In this document: positions 1-9,546 of the stretch, piece by piece
Position numbering within the stretch: position 1 is the stretch's first letter
How the letters are laid out: every line of letters starts with the position of its first letter
IMG/VR virus record: IMGVR_UViG_3300036980_001087
Coordinates: 1 to 64,000 of that record
Strand: one strand, 5' to 3'
Length of the DNA stretch: 64,000 nt
From: a virus
The notes under the pieces: model-generated
Databases searched by the model: none
What the model saw: only the letters and a program-made list of their open reading frames with translations
Told to the model about the DNA's origin: nothing
Position numbers and translations under genes: made by a program

Positions 1-2
1 AT

Positions 3-467
3 TTCTTTAAAACTTGGGCATCTTCTACTGGAAAATATCATCCTGCCTGTACTTGTGTAGATGGTGGACTTGTAAGGCATGTCCGTAGAGCAACATATAT
101 TGCCAATCGTTTATGTGAAGGTTGGGGTTTATTTGATTTAAGTAGAGATATAGTTTTGGCTGCTATTATTATCCACGATATAGCCAAAGTGCCTTCCGGA
201 GGTAATTACGCTGAATACGAAAATCATCCTATACATGCTCAAAAATATTTTGCAGTGATGGAAGTTAGTGATTCTTTTCCTGTGGAGAAGGCTTTTCCTG
301 TGCAAACTGGAATTACAAATGCTGTAATTCACCACATGGGGAGGTGGACTCCAAAGAGTGTAGCCAAGCCTATTGAATCCTATACATTAACAGAATTAGC
401 AGTTTATACTGCTGACTATATGGCAACCACTAAAGACCTCGTTACTCCGGAGGATGCACTTGAATAA
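3..467 (+). CDS. HD-domain phosphohydrolase (5' truncated by window edge)
   Basis: Frame is open from position 3: ASSTGKYHP...GGLVRH...IIHDIAK...IHHMG...ADY, the H...HD...D pattern of HD hydrolases. Confidence 0.8.
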   Translation, partial: FFKTWASSTGKYHPACTCVDGGLVRHVRRATYIANRLCEGWGLFDLSRDIVLAAIIIHDIAKVPSGGNYAEYENHPIHAQKYFAVMEVSDSFPVEKAFPVQTGITNAVIHHMGRWTPKSVAKPIESYTLTELAVYTADYMATTKDLVTPEDALE

Positions 468-1137
468 ACAGGAGTTAGAGAAAAGAATCCGAGCGTTAGA
501 TCCATGGTTTGAGTATATTCAATTTCCTTTTGGGTTGGAATCAAGGCCCTGTCAAGATATTAAGCATGAAGTTTATAATCATCCTTTATCTTTAGCTACT
601 AGAGTGGAAAAATTATTACCATCTAATAGTGTAAAAGATAAAATGATTTTAGATATGGGGTGTAATGGGGGTTACTTCACATATCTTTATGCAAAGAATG
701 GTGCAATCGTAGACGCAATGGATTTAAATCCTAGATATGTGGAGCAAACCAAATTAATAAGAGATGTATTTGGAGGAGAATTTACAAGACCGGTAACTGT
801 TTCACAAGCAAATATAGAGTCTTTAGAAATAGCCTCAGAAACTTATGATGTAAGTTTGGGCTTGGGGCTTTTATATCATGTGACTAATCCTGTTCTTGCA
901 CTATATAATTTTTATAAAGTAACTAAGACCGGAGGACTTTGTATTTTAGAGTCCAATTGCTCAACAAAAATACCAGAGGGCACAGTGGAGTTTATGGGTA
1001 ATATTAAACCTTATAGTGCTATTTGGCGCTTCTCTCCCCAATCATTAAGGGATATGCTGGAGCATGTTGGATTTACTATAGAAGAAAGCATCACTTTTGC
1101 AGATGATTCTCGTATACTACTAATGGCCATTAAATGA
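454..1137 (+). CDS. Class I SAM-dependent methyltransferase, CmoB/DUF1698-like
   Basis: ILDMGCNGGYF motif I, D at the end of beta2, GLLYH motif and GGLCILE, as in CmoB-like proteins. Confidence 0.75.
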   Translation: MHLNKQELEKRIRALDPWFEYIQFPFGLESRPCQDIKHEVYNHPLSLATRVEKLLPSNSVKDKMILDMGCNGGYFTYLYAKNGAIVDAMDLNPRYVEQTKLIRDVFGGEFTRPVTVSQANIESLEIASETYDVSLGLGLLYHVTNPVLALYNFYKVTKTGGLCILESNCSTKIPEGTVEFMGNIKPYSAIWRFSPQSLRDMLEHVGFTIEESITFADDSRILLMAIK

Positions 1138-1397
1138 AAAAAAGAATTAATAAGTTTAAATTAGGCCAAGTTTGGATACGGACCTTTGGGGATAAAGTGG
1201 TCTATAAAGTTATAAGTTGCCAGGCAGGAGAGGTAGCTTATGCTGAATTTAATCAGAAGAAGTGTAAAAATTGTACTATTCGTGGAATGTTATATGTTAA
1301 GGACGCAGCTACTAGAGGTTATTGCTGTAGATTAAATATCAATAATCCTGATATTAAAAAATTAACAAAATTAGAAGCGCTATTGGAGAACTTTTAA
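1134..1397 (+). CDS. Hypothetical Cys-rich protein
   Basis: Start and stop overlap the neighbouring genes; CxxC and CC. Confidence 0.55.
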   Translation: MKKRINKFKLGQVWIRTFGDKVVYKVISCQAGEVAYAEFNQKKCKNCTIRGMLYVKDAATRGYCCRLNINNPDIKKLTKLEALLENF

Positions 1398-1939
1398 TGT
1401 ATTATGGTTATATTTATAAAACAGTAAACAAAATTAATAATAAATTGTATATTGGAAAATTAAAAGGTTACTTTAATATAAGTTATAAAGGAAGCGGAAT
1501 AATTTTAAAACGAGCAATTAAAAAGTATGGGGCTATTAACTTTACTGTTAGGCCAATTGCCTATGCTAAAAATAAGCAGGAATTAAATAAATTAGAGTGT
1601 AAATATATCAAGGACTATAGGTTAAAATTTGGTTTACAGAAAATGTATAATATTGCGGATGGAGGACAGGGTGGGGCCTTATTTACTGGACACCACCACT
1701 CAAGGGATACCAAAAGCCGCCTTAGGTTTGCACGTCTAGGTAAAAAGCACACAAAAGAAACAATTATGAAACTTAGTAGGTCTCGTCCACATTCTAAATC
1801 TTGCTTATGTCCATTTTGTAAAAATAAATGTGGACTTGGGGTAGGAACATTCGGATTTAAAGGAAGAGTACACTCATTAAAGACTAAACGTGCTATGTCG
1901 AAAGCTAGAACTTTATATTACATAGAGAGGAATAGATAA
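1397..1939 (+). CDS. GIY-YIG homing endonuclease with NUMOD3 repeats
   Basis: GYIY...LYIG, YKGSG, conserved E and YN; GHHHSRDTK, GKKHTKETI and GRVHSLKTK NUMOD3-type motifs. Confidence 0.9.
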   Translation: MYYGYIYKTVNKINNKLYIGKLKGYFNISYKGSGIILKRAIKKYGAINFTVRPIAYAKNKQELNKLECKYIKDYRLKFGLQKMYNIADGGQGGALFTGHHHSRDTKSRLRFARLGKKHTKETIMKLSRSRPHSKSCLCPFCKNKCGLGVGTFGFKGRVHSLKTKRAMSKARTLYYIERNR

Positions 1940-4269
1940 TGCTATTACATTGTGAGGACTGCGCATTAAAGAAAATAGGTTGTGTTGGGGGAGAGGGGAA
2001 AGTACCCACAGAAATAATGGTGGTGTGTGATAAGCCGAGCCTTGAAGATATTAATAATGGTAGGGCCTTTAGTGGAAAACTTAATGAACAAATTGAGTCT
2101 TTCTTGACTTTAGCCAATATACCAACTAGTATAGTTTATAAAACTAATATTGTTAAGGGCTATGTTAAGCCTAAATTAAATGTAAGCATTGTTTCTATAC
2201 GTAAGTGTTTCCCTTATCTTGAGAAAGAAATAGCTACTGTGGCTCCAAAAGTTATAATGTTAATGGGAGCCACTGCATATAAAGGTTTTAAAGGTAGAGC
2301 AGATGTGGGCACCTGTTACTATGATGAGCAGTATAAGGCCTGGATCCTTTATAGTTTACATCCAATGAAGCCGCTATATTCAGGCCAAGAGTCTGATTAT
2401 ACTACACTAATGAATCATTTTAAAAAAGCAAAAGAATTAATTTCTACTGTTGCTTCTTCCGGATTAGCAAGACCCCCAGTAACCATTATTAAAACAACTG
2501 AAGAGCTCATAAATTTAATTCCTACTCTCTCACAATATGAAGAGTATGGGCTTGACTGCGAAACTATGGGCTTAAATATCCCAAAAGATAAAACACTTAC
2601 ACTTGGCTTAGCCAATGATAAAATTACAGTAGGCATTATTTTAAATAAGGATATGCTACCAATAATTAATGTCCTCTTCACCACTGCCTCTATTATTGGG
2701 CATAATCTTAAATTTGACCTTCAGGCCCTTAGAGGTTATGGGCTCATTGCAACCAAGATTTCTGGGGACACTATGTTGGAGCACTATGTTTTAGATCCTT
2801 TAGCTCCTAGCCATGAATTAGTTAGTTTATGTCTCAAAGAATTGCAGACCTCATTTGATAAAAATCTAGATTACGCCACCTTATTTAATAATGGAATAAC
2901 CCAAGAAATCCTAGAGACATTAGCTGAGCGTGGTGCATTAGATGCTTATTTATCCTATAAATTACATCAGAAATATATGCCCAGAATAAAGGCTGATCCC
3001 GCAGCTATTGACTTTTTTGAAAAAACAGTAATGCCTATTTGTTCATTGCTTGCTGAAATTGAATTTAATGGAGTGATGATTAATCAGGAGGAGCTATTTG
3101 CAACCGAGACTACGATTAATTATCAATTAAAGAGCAAAGAGGCGGAGCTTCTAACTGATCCTATTATTAAAGAGTTTGAGCATAAAGAGGGCATAGAGGC
3201 TATAAATTTTGGTTCACCTAAACAAATGAGCAATCTTATTTATAAATATCTTAAGTTTCCTGTGGATAAAGAAAAAGGAAAAACTACCAAGAAAGAGGTA
3301 ATTGAAAAATTAAATGAACAAGTTAAGCACCCCTTAATTACTAAGCTTTTAGAGTACAGAAATATGGCTAAACTAAGGGATACTTATATAGATGGAATTA
3401 AAGATGGGCTATCAAGATCAGATGATGGTAGATTGCATGTAGACTTTAGTCAGATTAATGTAATTACTGGAAGGCTTTCTTGTTCTAAGCCCAATCTGCA
3501 GACTATACCTAAGGCCGTAGAGAACGCCTCTATTATCCGTAAAATGTTTGGAGCAAGGCCAGGGTATTCTTTAGTTGAAATGGACTTTAAGCAACTTGAG
3601 GTACGTATATGGGCACACCTTTCTAAAGATGCCGCACTTCTTAATATGTTACAGGAAGATGGGGACATACATAGAAAGATTGCGTCTAAAGTAAAGGGCA
3701 TTCCGGAAGATCAAATTACAGATGAGCAACGTTATCAGGCCAAAGAAATTGTATTCGGGCTTATCTATGGCATGGGGGTTAAGGCGTTGGCAGAACGTAC
3801 AGGAATAACAATAGAAGAGGCCACGTTTATTAAGAATGAATTTTTTACCACTTTTCCTGAAGCTACCATTTGGATTAAACAAGTTCAGGATTTTGGACTT
3901 AAATATCAATATGTTTTAACCCCATTTAATAGACGTATTCCGATAATTTATAATCCTAATGACAAAGAGGCCATCTCTTCTGCACAAAGACATGCAGTAA
4001 ATTATCCAATCCAAAGTACTGGAGGAGAATTAACAAATGTTACTGGAGTATATTTATTAGACATAATTAATAAGGCTGGAATCGATGCTAAGATAATTCT
4101 TAATGTACATGACTCTTTAATCTGGGAAATTAAAGATGAGGAAATTTCAAAATTTAAACCTGTGGCACTTGAGGCCATTAAAAAGACCAGTGATAGAATA
4201 AACTTTAGGGCCTTTTTACGGGCTAGCTTTAAAGTGGGTAAGAATTTAGGGGAACAAAAAGATCTTTAA
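1939..4269 (+). CDS. polA: Family A DNA polymerase with N-terminal family-4 uracil-DNA-glycosylase-like domain and 3'-5' exonuclease
   Basis: Exo DCET, HNLKFD and LDA; motif A MDFKQLEVR; motif B RYQAKEIVFGLIYG; motif C VHDS; N-terminal CxxC...GRAFSG...TNIVK...LHP. Confidence 0.95.
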   Translation: MLLHCEDCALKKIGCVGGEGKVPTEIMVVCDKPSLEDINNGRAFSGKLNEQIESFLTLANIPTSIVYKTNIVKGYVKPKLNVSIVSIRKCFPYLEKEIATVAPKVIMLMGATAYKGFKGRADVGTCYYDEQYKAWILYSLHPMKPLYSGQESDYTTLMNHFKKAKELISTVASSGLARPPVTIIKTTEELINLIPTLSQYEEYGLDCETMGLNIPKDKTLTLGLANDKITVGIILNKDMLPIINVLFTTASIIGHNLKFDLQALRGYGLIATKISGDTMLEHYVLDPLAPSHELVSLCLKELQTSFDKNLDYATLFNNGITQEILETLAERGALDAYLSYKLHQKYMPRIKADPAAIDFFEKTVMPICSLLAEIEFNGVMINQEELFATETTINYQLKSKEAELLTDPIIKEFEHKEGIEAINFGSPKQMSNLIYKYLKFPVDKEKGKTTKKEVIEKLNEQVKHPLITKLLEYRNMAKLRDTYIDGIKDGLSRSDDGRLHVDFSQINVITGRLSCSKPNLQTIPKAVENASIIRKMFGARPGYSLVEMDFKQLEVRIWAHLSKDAALLNMLQEDGDIHRKIASKVKGIPEDQITDEQRYQAKEIVFGLIYGMGVKALAERTGITIEEATFIKNEFFTTFPEATIWIKQVQDFGLKYQYVLTPFNRRIPIIYNPNDKEAISSAQRHAVNYPIQSTGGELTNVTGVYLLDIINKAGIDAKIILNVHDSLIWEIKDEEISKFKPVALEAIKKTSDRINFRAFLRASFKVGKNLGEQKDL

Positions 4270-4279
4270 ATGGCTATTT

Positions 4280-4292
4280 GGTATATAATATA
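4280..4292 (+). promoter_or_regulatory. GGTATATAATATA motif, copy 1 (putative middle promoter)
   Basis: Exact intergenic 13-mer, also at 12682 and 13984, each just upstream of a Shine-Dalgarno (SD) sequence. Confidence 0.65.
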
Positions 4293-4309
4293 TAATAGAA
4301 GGAGCCACA

Positions 4310-4717
4310 ATGGGTAAAGAAGTTGGAACAAGAGAATATTTTGGGGCAGTTTTAAAGAAAGTCTCAGATCGAGAGGGAAAGAATGGGCCCTATTTAATGT
4401 GGGAATTTACTGATGATAATGGTGACAGGAGAGTGGGATTCACTGATAGTGAAATTATAGTAGGTAATAGGACCTGGACATGGCTTTATATGTTGGGTAT
4501 ATCTTTACATGTGGGAGATATTTTAGAGTTACAGGACCTTCAGGACTTAGAGTGCTTTATCTTTCTAGACGACAAAGGTACTGTAAGAATGGTAGCTGGA
4601 ACTCTTGAGCCAAAGCAGGTAGAAGACCAACCACAAACTACATCAATAGAAGCGCCTAAGCCAATTGAGCAACCGAAGAAGCCCGGCCAATCAGAGGCAG
4701 GAGAATTATTCAGTTAA
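4310..4717 (+). CDS. Hypothetical protein, possible OB-fold ssDNA-binding protein
   Basis: Beta-rich N-terminus (GPYLMWEF), low-complexity tail ending ELFS, located between polymerase and RecA. Confidence 0.4.
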   Translation: MGKEVGTREYFGAVLKKVSDREGKNGPYLMWEFTDDNGDRRVGFTDSEIIVGNRTWTWLYMLGISLHVGDILELQDLQDLECFIFLDDKGTVRMVAGTLEPKQVEDQPQTTSIEAPKPIEQPKKPGQSEAGELFS

Positions 4718-5049
4718 TGACTAGCCATGAGTTTGGCAAAAGATTACAGGACTATGTTGCTTCCTTGTTTAAGTCAATTTATCCTCAGGCCAGGTCAACA
4801 AAGGGCAGTGGTAATAGAGGGGAGCACGGGGATGTGCAACAGCCGTGGTTTATTATAGAATGTAAAGCTAAATCAACAGACAGCATAACAGTAAATAGAG
4901 ACGTATGGAAGAAACTAGACGCGGATATTCCAGTAGGAAGTAATAGACTTCCACTTTATATTATTGAGAATAAACATGGAGAAAGATTTGCAGTACTAAA
5001 GATAGAGGATTTTATGGCTATCTTTAAAAAGAGTATCAAGGAGGATTAA
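4717..5049 (+). CDS. PD-(D/E)XK nuclease, Hjc-type Holliday junction resolvase
   Basis: GKRLQ...GSG...GDV...IIECK. Confidence 0.75.
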   Translation: MTSHEFGKRLQDYVASLFKSIYPQARSTKGSGNRGEHGDVQQPWFIIECKAKSTDSITVNRDVWKKLDADIPVGSNRLPLYIIENKHGERFAVLKIEDFMAIFKKSIKED

Positions 5050-5216
5050 TGTATATTTTATTTTTTCAAGTAGAGAGTATGAAGGATACTCGGACTTATG
5101 TTGCTAGACTTTGTGAAACGATTGGAGAGGCCCTAGAGCAAAGGGAAGAAATTATTAATCATGGATGGCATGATGAAACAGTGATCCATACAGATATTAA
5201 AGAAGGTAATGTTTAA
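5049..5216 (+). CDS. Small hypothetical protein (55 aa, not in ORF track)
   Basis: ATG overlaps the upstream stop, GAGG SD, fills the gap. Confidence 0.5.
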   Translation: MYILFFQVESMKDTRTYVARLCETIGEALEQREEIINHGWHDETVIHTDIKEGNV

Positions 5217-5331
5217 TGAAAAAGAAGCAGAATATCCATATCTCACGAAATACTACTTGCATAGTTTGTAATAGAAGGTCTAAATTTATACTGTGTGCGC
5301 GTTGTGAAAAGAAATACTTAAGGAGGAAGCA

Positions 5332-6324
5332 ATGTCTGAAGATAAAAAAACAATGAATGAGGTTTTAAAAGAACTTAATAAGAAGTTTGGCCGAACAGCC
5401 GTTAACTATGCAGATAAACTTTCATCTAGAGAACGTATCCCCTTTAAGCAGAAGGCTTTAAATGATTTAACTGGAGGTGGAGTACCGAGGGGACAATTCA
5501 CAACTATATGGGGTGGTTCAAGTTGTGGAAAATCCTCTACTATTCTAGATCTTATTACTGAAGCCCAGAAAAGAGGGCTTGTTTGTGTTTATTGTGACCT
5601 GGAGCACTCCTATGATCCAATATGGGCTGCCAAACATGGTGTGGATACATCAAAATTGATCTACGGTGACTTCAGCAGTGCCGAAGAACCTATGGACGCC
5701 CTAATTACCTTCTGTAAAGCACAGGTGGCCGATTTGATCATTGTAGACTCAATTCAAGGCCTTTCTCCTAAGGGGGAGCAGGAAGAAAAGGGCGGTAAAG
5801 AAAAGTCAGTAGAACAAGATACAATGGCCTTATTGGCTAGAAAGCTTTCTCAGTTCTTTAGAATGGCTGCTGGGGTAGTTAGCCAGGCAAATACCGCGGT
5901 TGTATTAGTAGGTCAGACACGATTGGATCTGGGTGGATTTATTAAACTCGAAACTCTTTCTGGCGGACATGCTTTACTCCACTGGTCAAGTATCATTCTT
6001 CATTTACGTAGGGGACAGAAGGCCGATGCCCCAACGGCCGATAAAGAGGATCCCGAAACAGGTAAGAAAGAAAAAGTTATAGTTGGCTTTAACTGTGTGA
6101 TTAAACTAAACAAATGTAAAGTATCCGGGGCAGTAGAGGGAAACGAAATGAGCCTGCCCTTTTACTTTCAATATGGTTTAACTGATGGAGAAACCCCAGC
6201 AGAAGTAACTGTTGAAGAAAAGCCGGTTTCTGCAGAAGAAATAATGGCAGATGTCAATGCAACAGATCCGTGTCCTGAAGTTAAAGAGAAAAAGAAACGT
6301 GGTAGAAAAGCTAAGGGAGCATAA
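5332..6324 (+). CDS. recA: RecA/UvsX recombinase
   Basis: GGGVPRG, Walker A GGSSCGKS, Walker B IIVDS, SGGHAL. Confidence 0.95.
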   Translation: MSEDKKTMNEVLKELNKKFGRTAVNYADKLSSRERIPFKQKALNDLTGGGVPRGQFTTIWGGSSCGKSSTILDLITEAQKRGLVCVYCDLEHSYDPIWAAKHGVDTSKLIYGDFSSAEEPMDALITFCKAQVADLIIVDSIQGLSPKGEQEEKGGKEKSVEQDTMALLARKLSQFFRMAAGVVSQANTAVVLVGQTRLDLGGFIKLETLSGGHALLHWSSIILHLRRGQKADAPTADKEDPETGKKEKVIVGFNCVIKLNKCKVSGAVEGNEMSLPFYFQYGLTDGETPAEVTVEEKPVSAEEIMADVNATDPCPEVKEKKKRGRKAKGA

Positions 6325-6325
6325 G

Positions 6326-6760
6326 ATGGATAATAAAGATGTAATTAAAGCAATGTGTGATGCAAAATTAGAAAGCCTTAAGCCTTACTTTGTTGAATTA
6401 GATAAGATAGCAAAGCAATTTTATACTGATGCTGATATTCTCTCCTTCCCACAATATGGGCCTATTGAGAATAAGCTAGTGGGAATGTACACCTTCATTA
6501 ATTCAGTATATAAAGAGATGGACGCTATAACTGATACATATAGCGCGCAAAGATTTAATCAATTGAAAGTAAAAGCAGAGATTGATAGTGTTAAATTTGT
6601 TGCTGATGTAGCAAAGCATGATGCTGCAGAATATACCTCAGATTTAAGATTAACGACCGCAATCTTAGAGGGAAGGGTTAATGATATTGAGCAACTTTTA
6701 ACAACTTGTCGTCGACATCTCTATGTCGATCGTAAAGAGCACTCCTATGAAAAAAGATGA
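6326..6760 (+). CDS. Helical protein, possible UvsY-like recombination mediator
   Basis: Start reassigned to the ATG at 6326 after GGAG; size, helical character and position after RecA. Confidence 0.35.
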   Translation: MDNKDVIKAMCDAKLESLKPYFVELDKIAKQFYTDADILSFPQYGPIENKLVGMYTFINSVYKEMDAITDTYSAQRFNQLKVKAEIDSVKFVADVAKHDAAEYTSDLRLTTAILEGRVNDIEQLLTTCRRHLYVDRKEHSYEKR

Positions 6761-7208
6761 ACTTAGGGAATTTGAAAATATAATTATATTAATTGAGCAA
6801 TTGGATAGAACTATAACCGTCTATCAAATACAGAAAGGCCAAGCCCCTGTAGCTTATACTTATCTATATGAGCTTTGTATTTTAAGATTACTGGAATTGT
6901 TTAAAGCTAATCCGGAGTTTATTCAAGGAGTAGGAGAGGTTACAGAGAAGGCAGTAATAATGCTACTTAAGTTAATTAAAGAGCAGTCTCCTCAAGATAC
7001 TAAAATAATGAATGAGTTGCGGAAGATTAAAGAACTGGCTAATGGTACAGATATAAAAATTCCAGATACTGTAAATGAGTTTTTAAAGCAATTCCCAAAG
7101 AATAAATGTACAGTAAATCCTAAAACACAGGATCCTATGGATAAACTTATAGACGATTATTTAAAGAAAAAGAAACAAAAAAGGAAAAAGGATAATGGTA
7201 AAACTTAA
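6747..7208 (+). CDS. Hypothetical protein
   Basis: ORF overlapping its neighbours; likely start MKKDEL. Confidence 0.55.
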   Translation: MKKDELREFENIIILIEQLDRTITVYQIQKGQAPVAYTYLYELCILRLLELFKANPEFIQGVGEVTEKAVIMLLKLIKEQSPQDTKIMNELRKIKELANGTDIKIPDTVNEFLKQFPKNKCTVNPKTQDPMDKLIDDYLKKKKQKRKKDNGKT

Positions 7209-7848
7209 CTCCAATATAAATGGGGAAGCTCTACAACCACTATTTTCTTCCTATTTAGAAGAAAGCCTGAGGCACGATAAATGTTTACATTGTAAAAGGC
7301 CTATTCTTCCTGGAACTGAAGTTCCACGAGAACGTCTTTATCCTTATGAACTACATAGCGCCTGTATTAATTCCTTTTTACAATATTGGTCTGTTGAATT
7401 ATTAGGGGACTTTAAGCCAGTAGATGATAAATTTAATACAATGGGGTCTAGTTTAATATTAAGTATAGATGAGGGTTTAAATGAGGACATCCAGCATATT
7501 ATTCTTAAACGATTAGCACAAAGTATTATTGATGCGGTGCCTAGTGGGGCAGTAATTAGGGATTCTTATATATCCATAGAGCCACTTAATCAGTGCACCT
7601 TACAGAGAGTTATACGGGCATCTGTAAAAGTTTTTCCAATATGCATGTTTTGCCACGGGGATCGTAAATTAATTGGACCAGAAAAGTATAATTTTATGGA
7701 TGAAAATACTCAAATTTTTCCTGTAACAGACACAATAAAAATTGAAGAACTTGTAAGCACGGAAGATAAAGCCTATGTATTTCATAATTCATGTTTAAAT
7801 AATGCACTTAATAGATTTAAATGCTACCATGGAGGACGGTATGAATAA
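7195..7848 (+). CDS. Hypothetical protein with two CxxC...HxxC zinc-finger-like units
   Basis: CLHC...HSAC and CMFC...HNSC. Confidence 0.55.
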   Translation: MVKLNSNINGEALQPLFSSYLEESLRHDKCLHCKRPILPGTEVPRERLYPYELHSACINSFLQYWSVELLGDFKPVDDKFNTMGSSLILSIDEGLNEDIQHIILKRLAQSIIDAVPSGAVIRDSYISIEPLNQCTLQRVIRASVKVFPICMFCHGDRKLIGPEKYNFMDENTQIFPVTDTIKIEELVSTEDKAYVFHNSCLNNALNRFKCYHGGRYE

Positions 7849-8488
7849 GAAGGAGATAGAGTTTGAACAGGGCCCCGATTTAAGAGTAAGACTTAATCCT
7901 AAAGCCTTGTCTTGGGACTTATTTTTATTCGGAGAAGTTGAGCCTCGTAGAGTAGCAGAATTAATACAGCACATGTTAGTATTGGATGCTACTGATGAAA
8001 AGCGCCCTATAAATCTTCTTCTTTGTTCTCCCGGAGGGCATTGTTCTGCTGGGTATGCTTTAATTGATGTAATTACAAGCATGCGCCACGTGGTAAGAAC
8101 CATTGCCTTAGGAGAGGTTTGTTCCATGGGATCTCTTATCTTTATCTCAGGTACTCCTGGTCAGCGCTATATGGGAAGCAGAACTTTGTGTTTATTCCAC
8201 CCTATTAGTGACTCTGTAGCGGATTATGGTAGTTTTATTAAAGATAGAGTAAAAAGTTTAGAGCAGTCTGAGCGCTTTTCACAAGATCTTTTACAGTCAA
8301 GAACAGGACTTACTAATACAATGATTGATAAAGCAAACCATGGGGAACTATGGTTGGATGCTGGTGAATGTTTAAAGTATAAAGTAGCAGACACTATTAT
8401 TACTGATAATGAAGTCATTGCTCAGATGTATGGTGCAATGGTAAAAGAAAGAGCAAAAGTTGCTCCTAAGAAGAAGAAAGTAAAATGA
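7841..8488 (+). CDS. clpP: ClpP-family protease subunit
   Basis: SPGG, catalytic Ser in CSMG, His in LFHP; GGAGG SD before ATG 7841. Confidence 0.85.
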   Translation: MNKKEIEFEQGPDLRVRLNPKALSWDLFLFGEVEPRRVAELIQHMLVLDATDEKRPINLLLCSPGGHCSAGYALIDVITSMRHVVRTIALGEVCSMGSLIFISGTPGQRYMGSRTLCLFHPISDSVADYGSFIKDRVKSLEQSERFSQDLLQSRTGLTNTMIDKANHGELWLDAGECLKYKVADTIITDNEVIAQMYGAMVKERAKVAPKKKKVK

Positions 8489-8627
8489 GAATTAAATTAA
8501 TTGCACCTATAGGAAAATTTAAAGCTAGATTAAAGCGCGTCGACAAGTTTTTACTTGAGCTCCATTGCACTATGGAGGGCCACATATTTAATAAGAGGAA
8601 GTGCATAAGATGTGGAAAGAGGATTAA

Positions 8628-9545
8628 ATGATAAAGGTGCTTTGTACTGGAGATTTTCATATTAACGAAGCCTTTGATTTAGAGCAAATTAAGCGGCTTT
8701 TAGATGTGGTTATTGAAGAGGCCAATAAGCGAGATGAGCTTTGGATCTTAGGAGATATTTTTCATAAGAATCGTATTAGTCCCCTAGAGATAATGCTATT
8801 CATTACCTTTCTTAAACAAGTCAAGGTGCCTATTACTATTATAGCTGGCAACCATGATATGGCTGCTGAAAATTCTTTAATTGACTGGCTACCGCAAGTT
8901 CTTCCGATTACCGTATCTAAGGGCTCTTTACGGATTATTAGAGATGGAGTAGAGATACTATTGGGACATTATAACGTAGAGGAGTCTATTCTTGGAGCAT
9001 ATGATGTGCGCTTAAATACTGGAATATCTGCTAACCAACTAGATGTAGACTTAGCTTTATTGGGACATATACATAAAGCGCAGCATATTCAAGGGACTAA
9101 AACCCAGGTGGTACATCCAGGTTCATTATTTTATATTGATTTTAATGAGCGCAATGATACTAAAGCTTTAGTAGAGGTGGAGTTTGACCAAGGTAAATAT
9201 AAAATTGACCATATTGAACTTAACCCCGATCCGATAGTACAATTAGATATTACTCCAGACAGCGACTCTAATATTTTAAAAGACTATCCAACTAATTGTA
9301 GAGTAAAATTAATAGTACATTACTCAGATCCTAGTCTTAATAAGAAAGAAGTATATAAGCGCTTTGCTAAATTTTTCTTTAAAGATTTAAAAGTAGTATT
9401 TAATTATGAAAATCCTAATCTTTTGGGAGTAGATTTAAAGGAAGCACATAAAGAAGAGGCTGGATTGGCTAGATTAGATAAGTACCTTTCAGAACACACC
9501 ACTCCGGATATTAAGAGTTTAATTTTAACACTATTAAAGGAGTAA
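8628..9545 (+). CDS. sbcD: SbcD/Mre11-like metallophosphoesterase nuclease
   Basis: GDFH, GDIF, GNHD, GHIH and PGS motifs. Confidence 0.9.
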   Translation: MIKVLCTGDFHINEAFDLEQIKRLLDVVIEEANKRDELWILGDIFHKNRISPLEIMLFITFLKQVKVPITIIAGNHDMAAENSLIDWLPQVLPITVSKGSLRIIRDGVEILLGHYNVEESILGAYDVRLNTGISANQLDVDLALLGHIHKAQHIQGTKTQVVHPGSLFYIDFNERNDTKALVEVEFDQGKYKIDHIELNPDPIVQLDITPDSDSNILKDYPTNCRVKLIVHYSDPSLNKKEVYKRFAKFFFKDLKVVFNYENPNLLGVDLKEAHKEEAGLARLDKYLSEHTTPDIKSLILTLLKE

Positions 9546-9546
9546 T

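Noticed and set aside
4280-5049. Archaeal host suggested by the TATA-like motif and Hjc-like resolvase
   Set aside because: RecA, RuvC, ClpP, PolA, GT9, sigma-like genes and a TTGACA/TATACT promoter all point to a bacterial host
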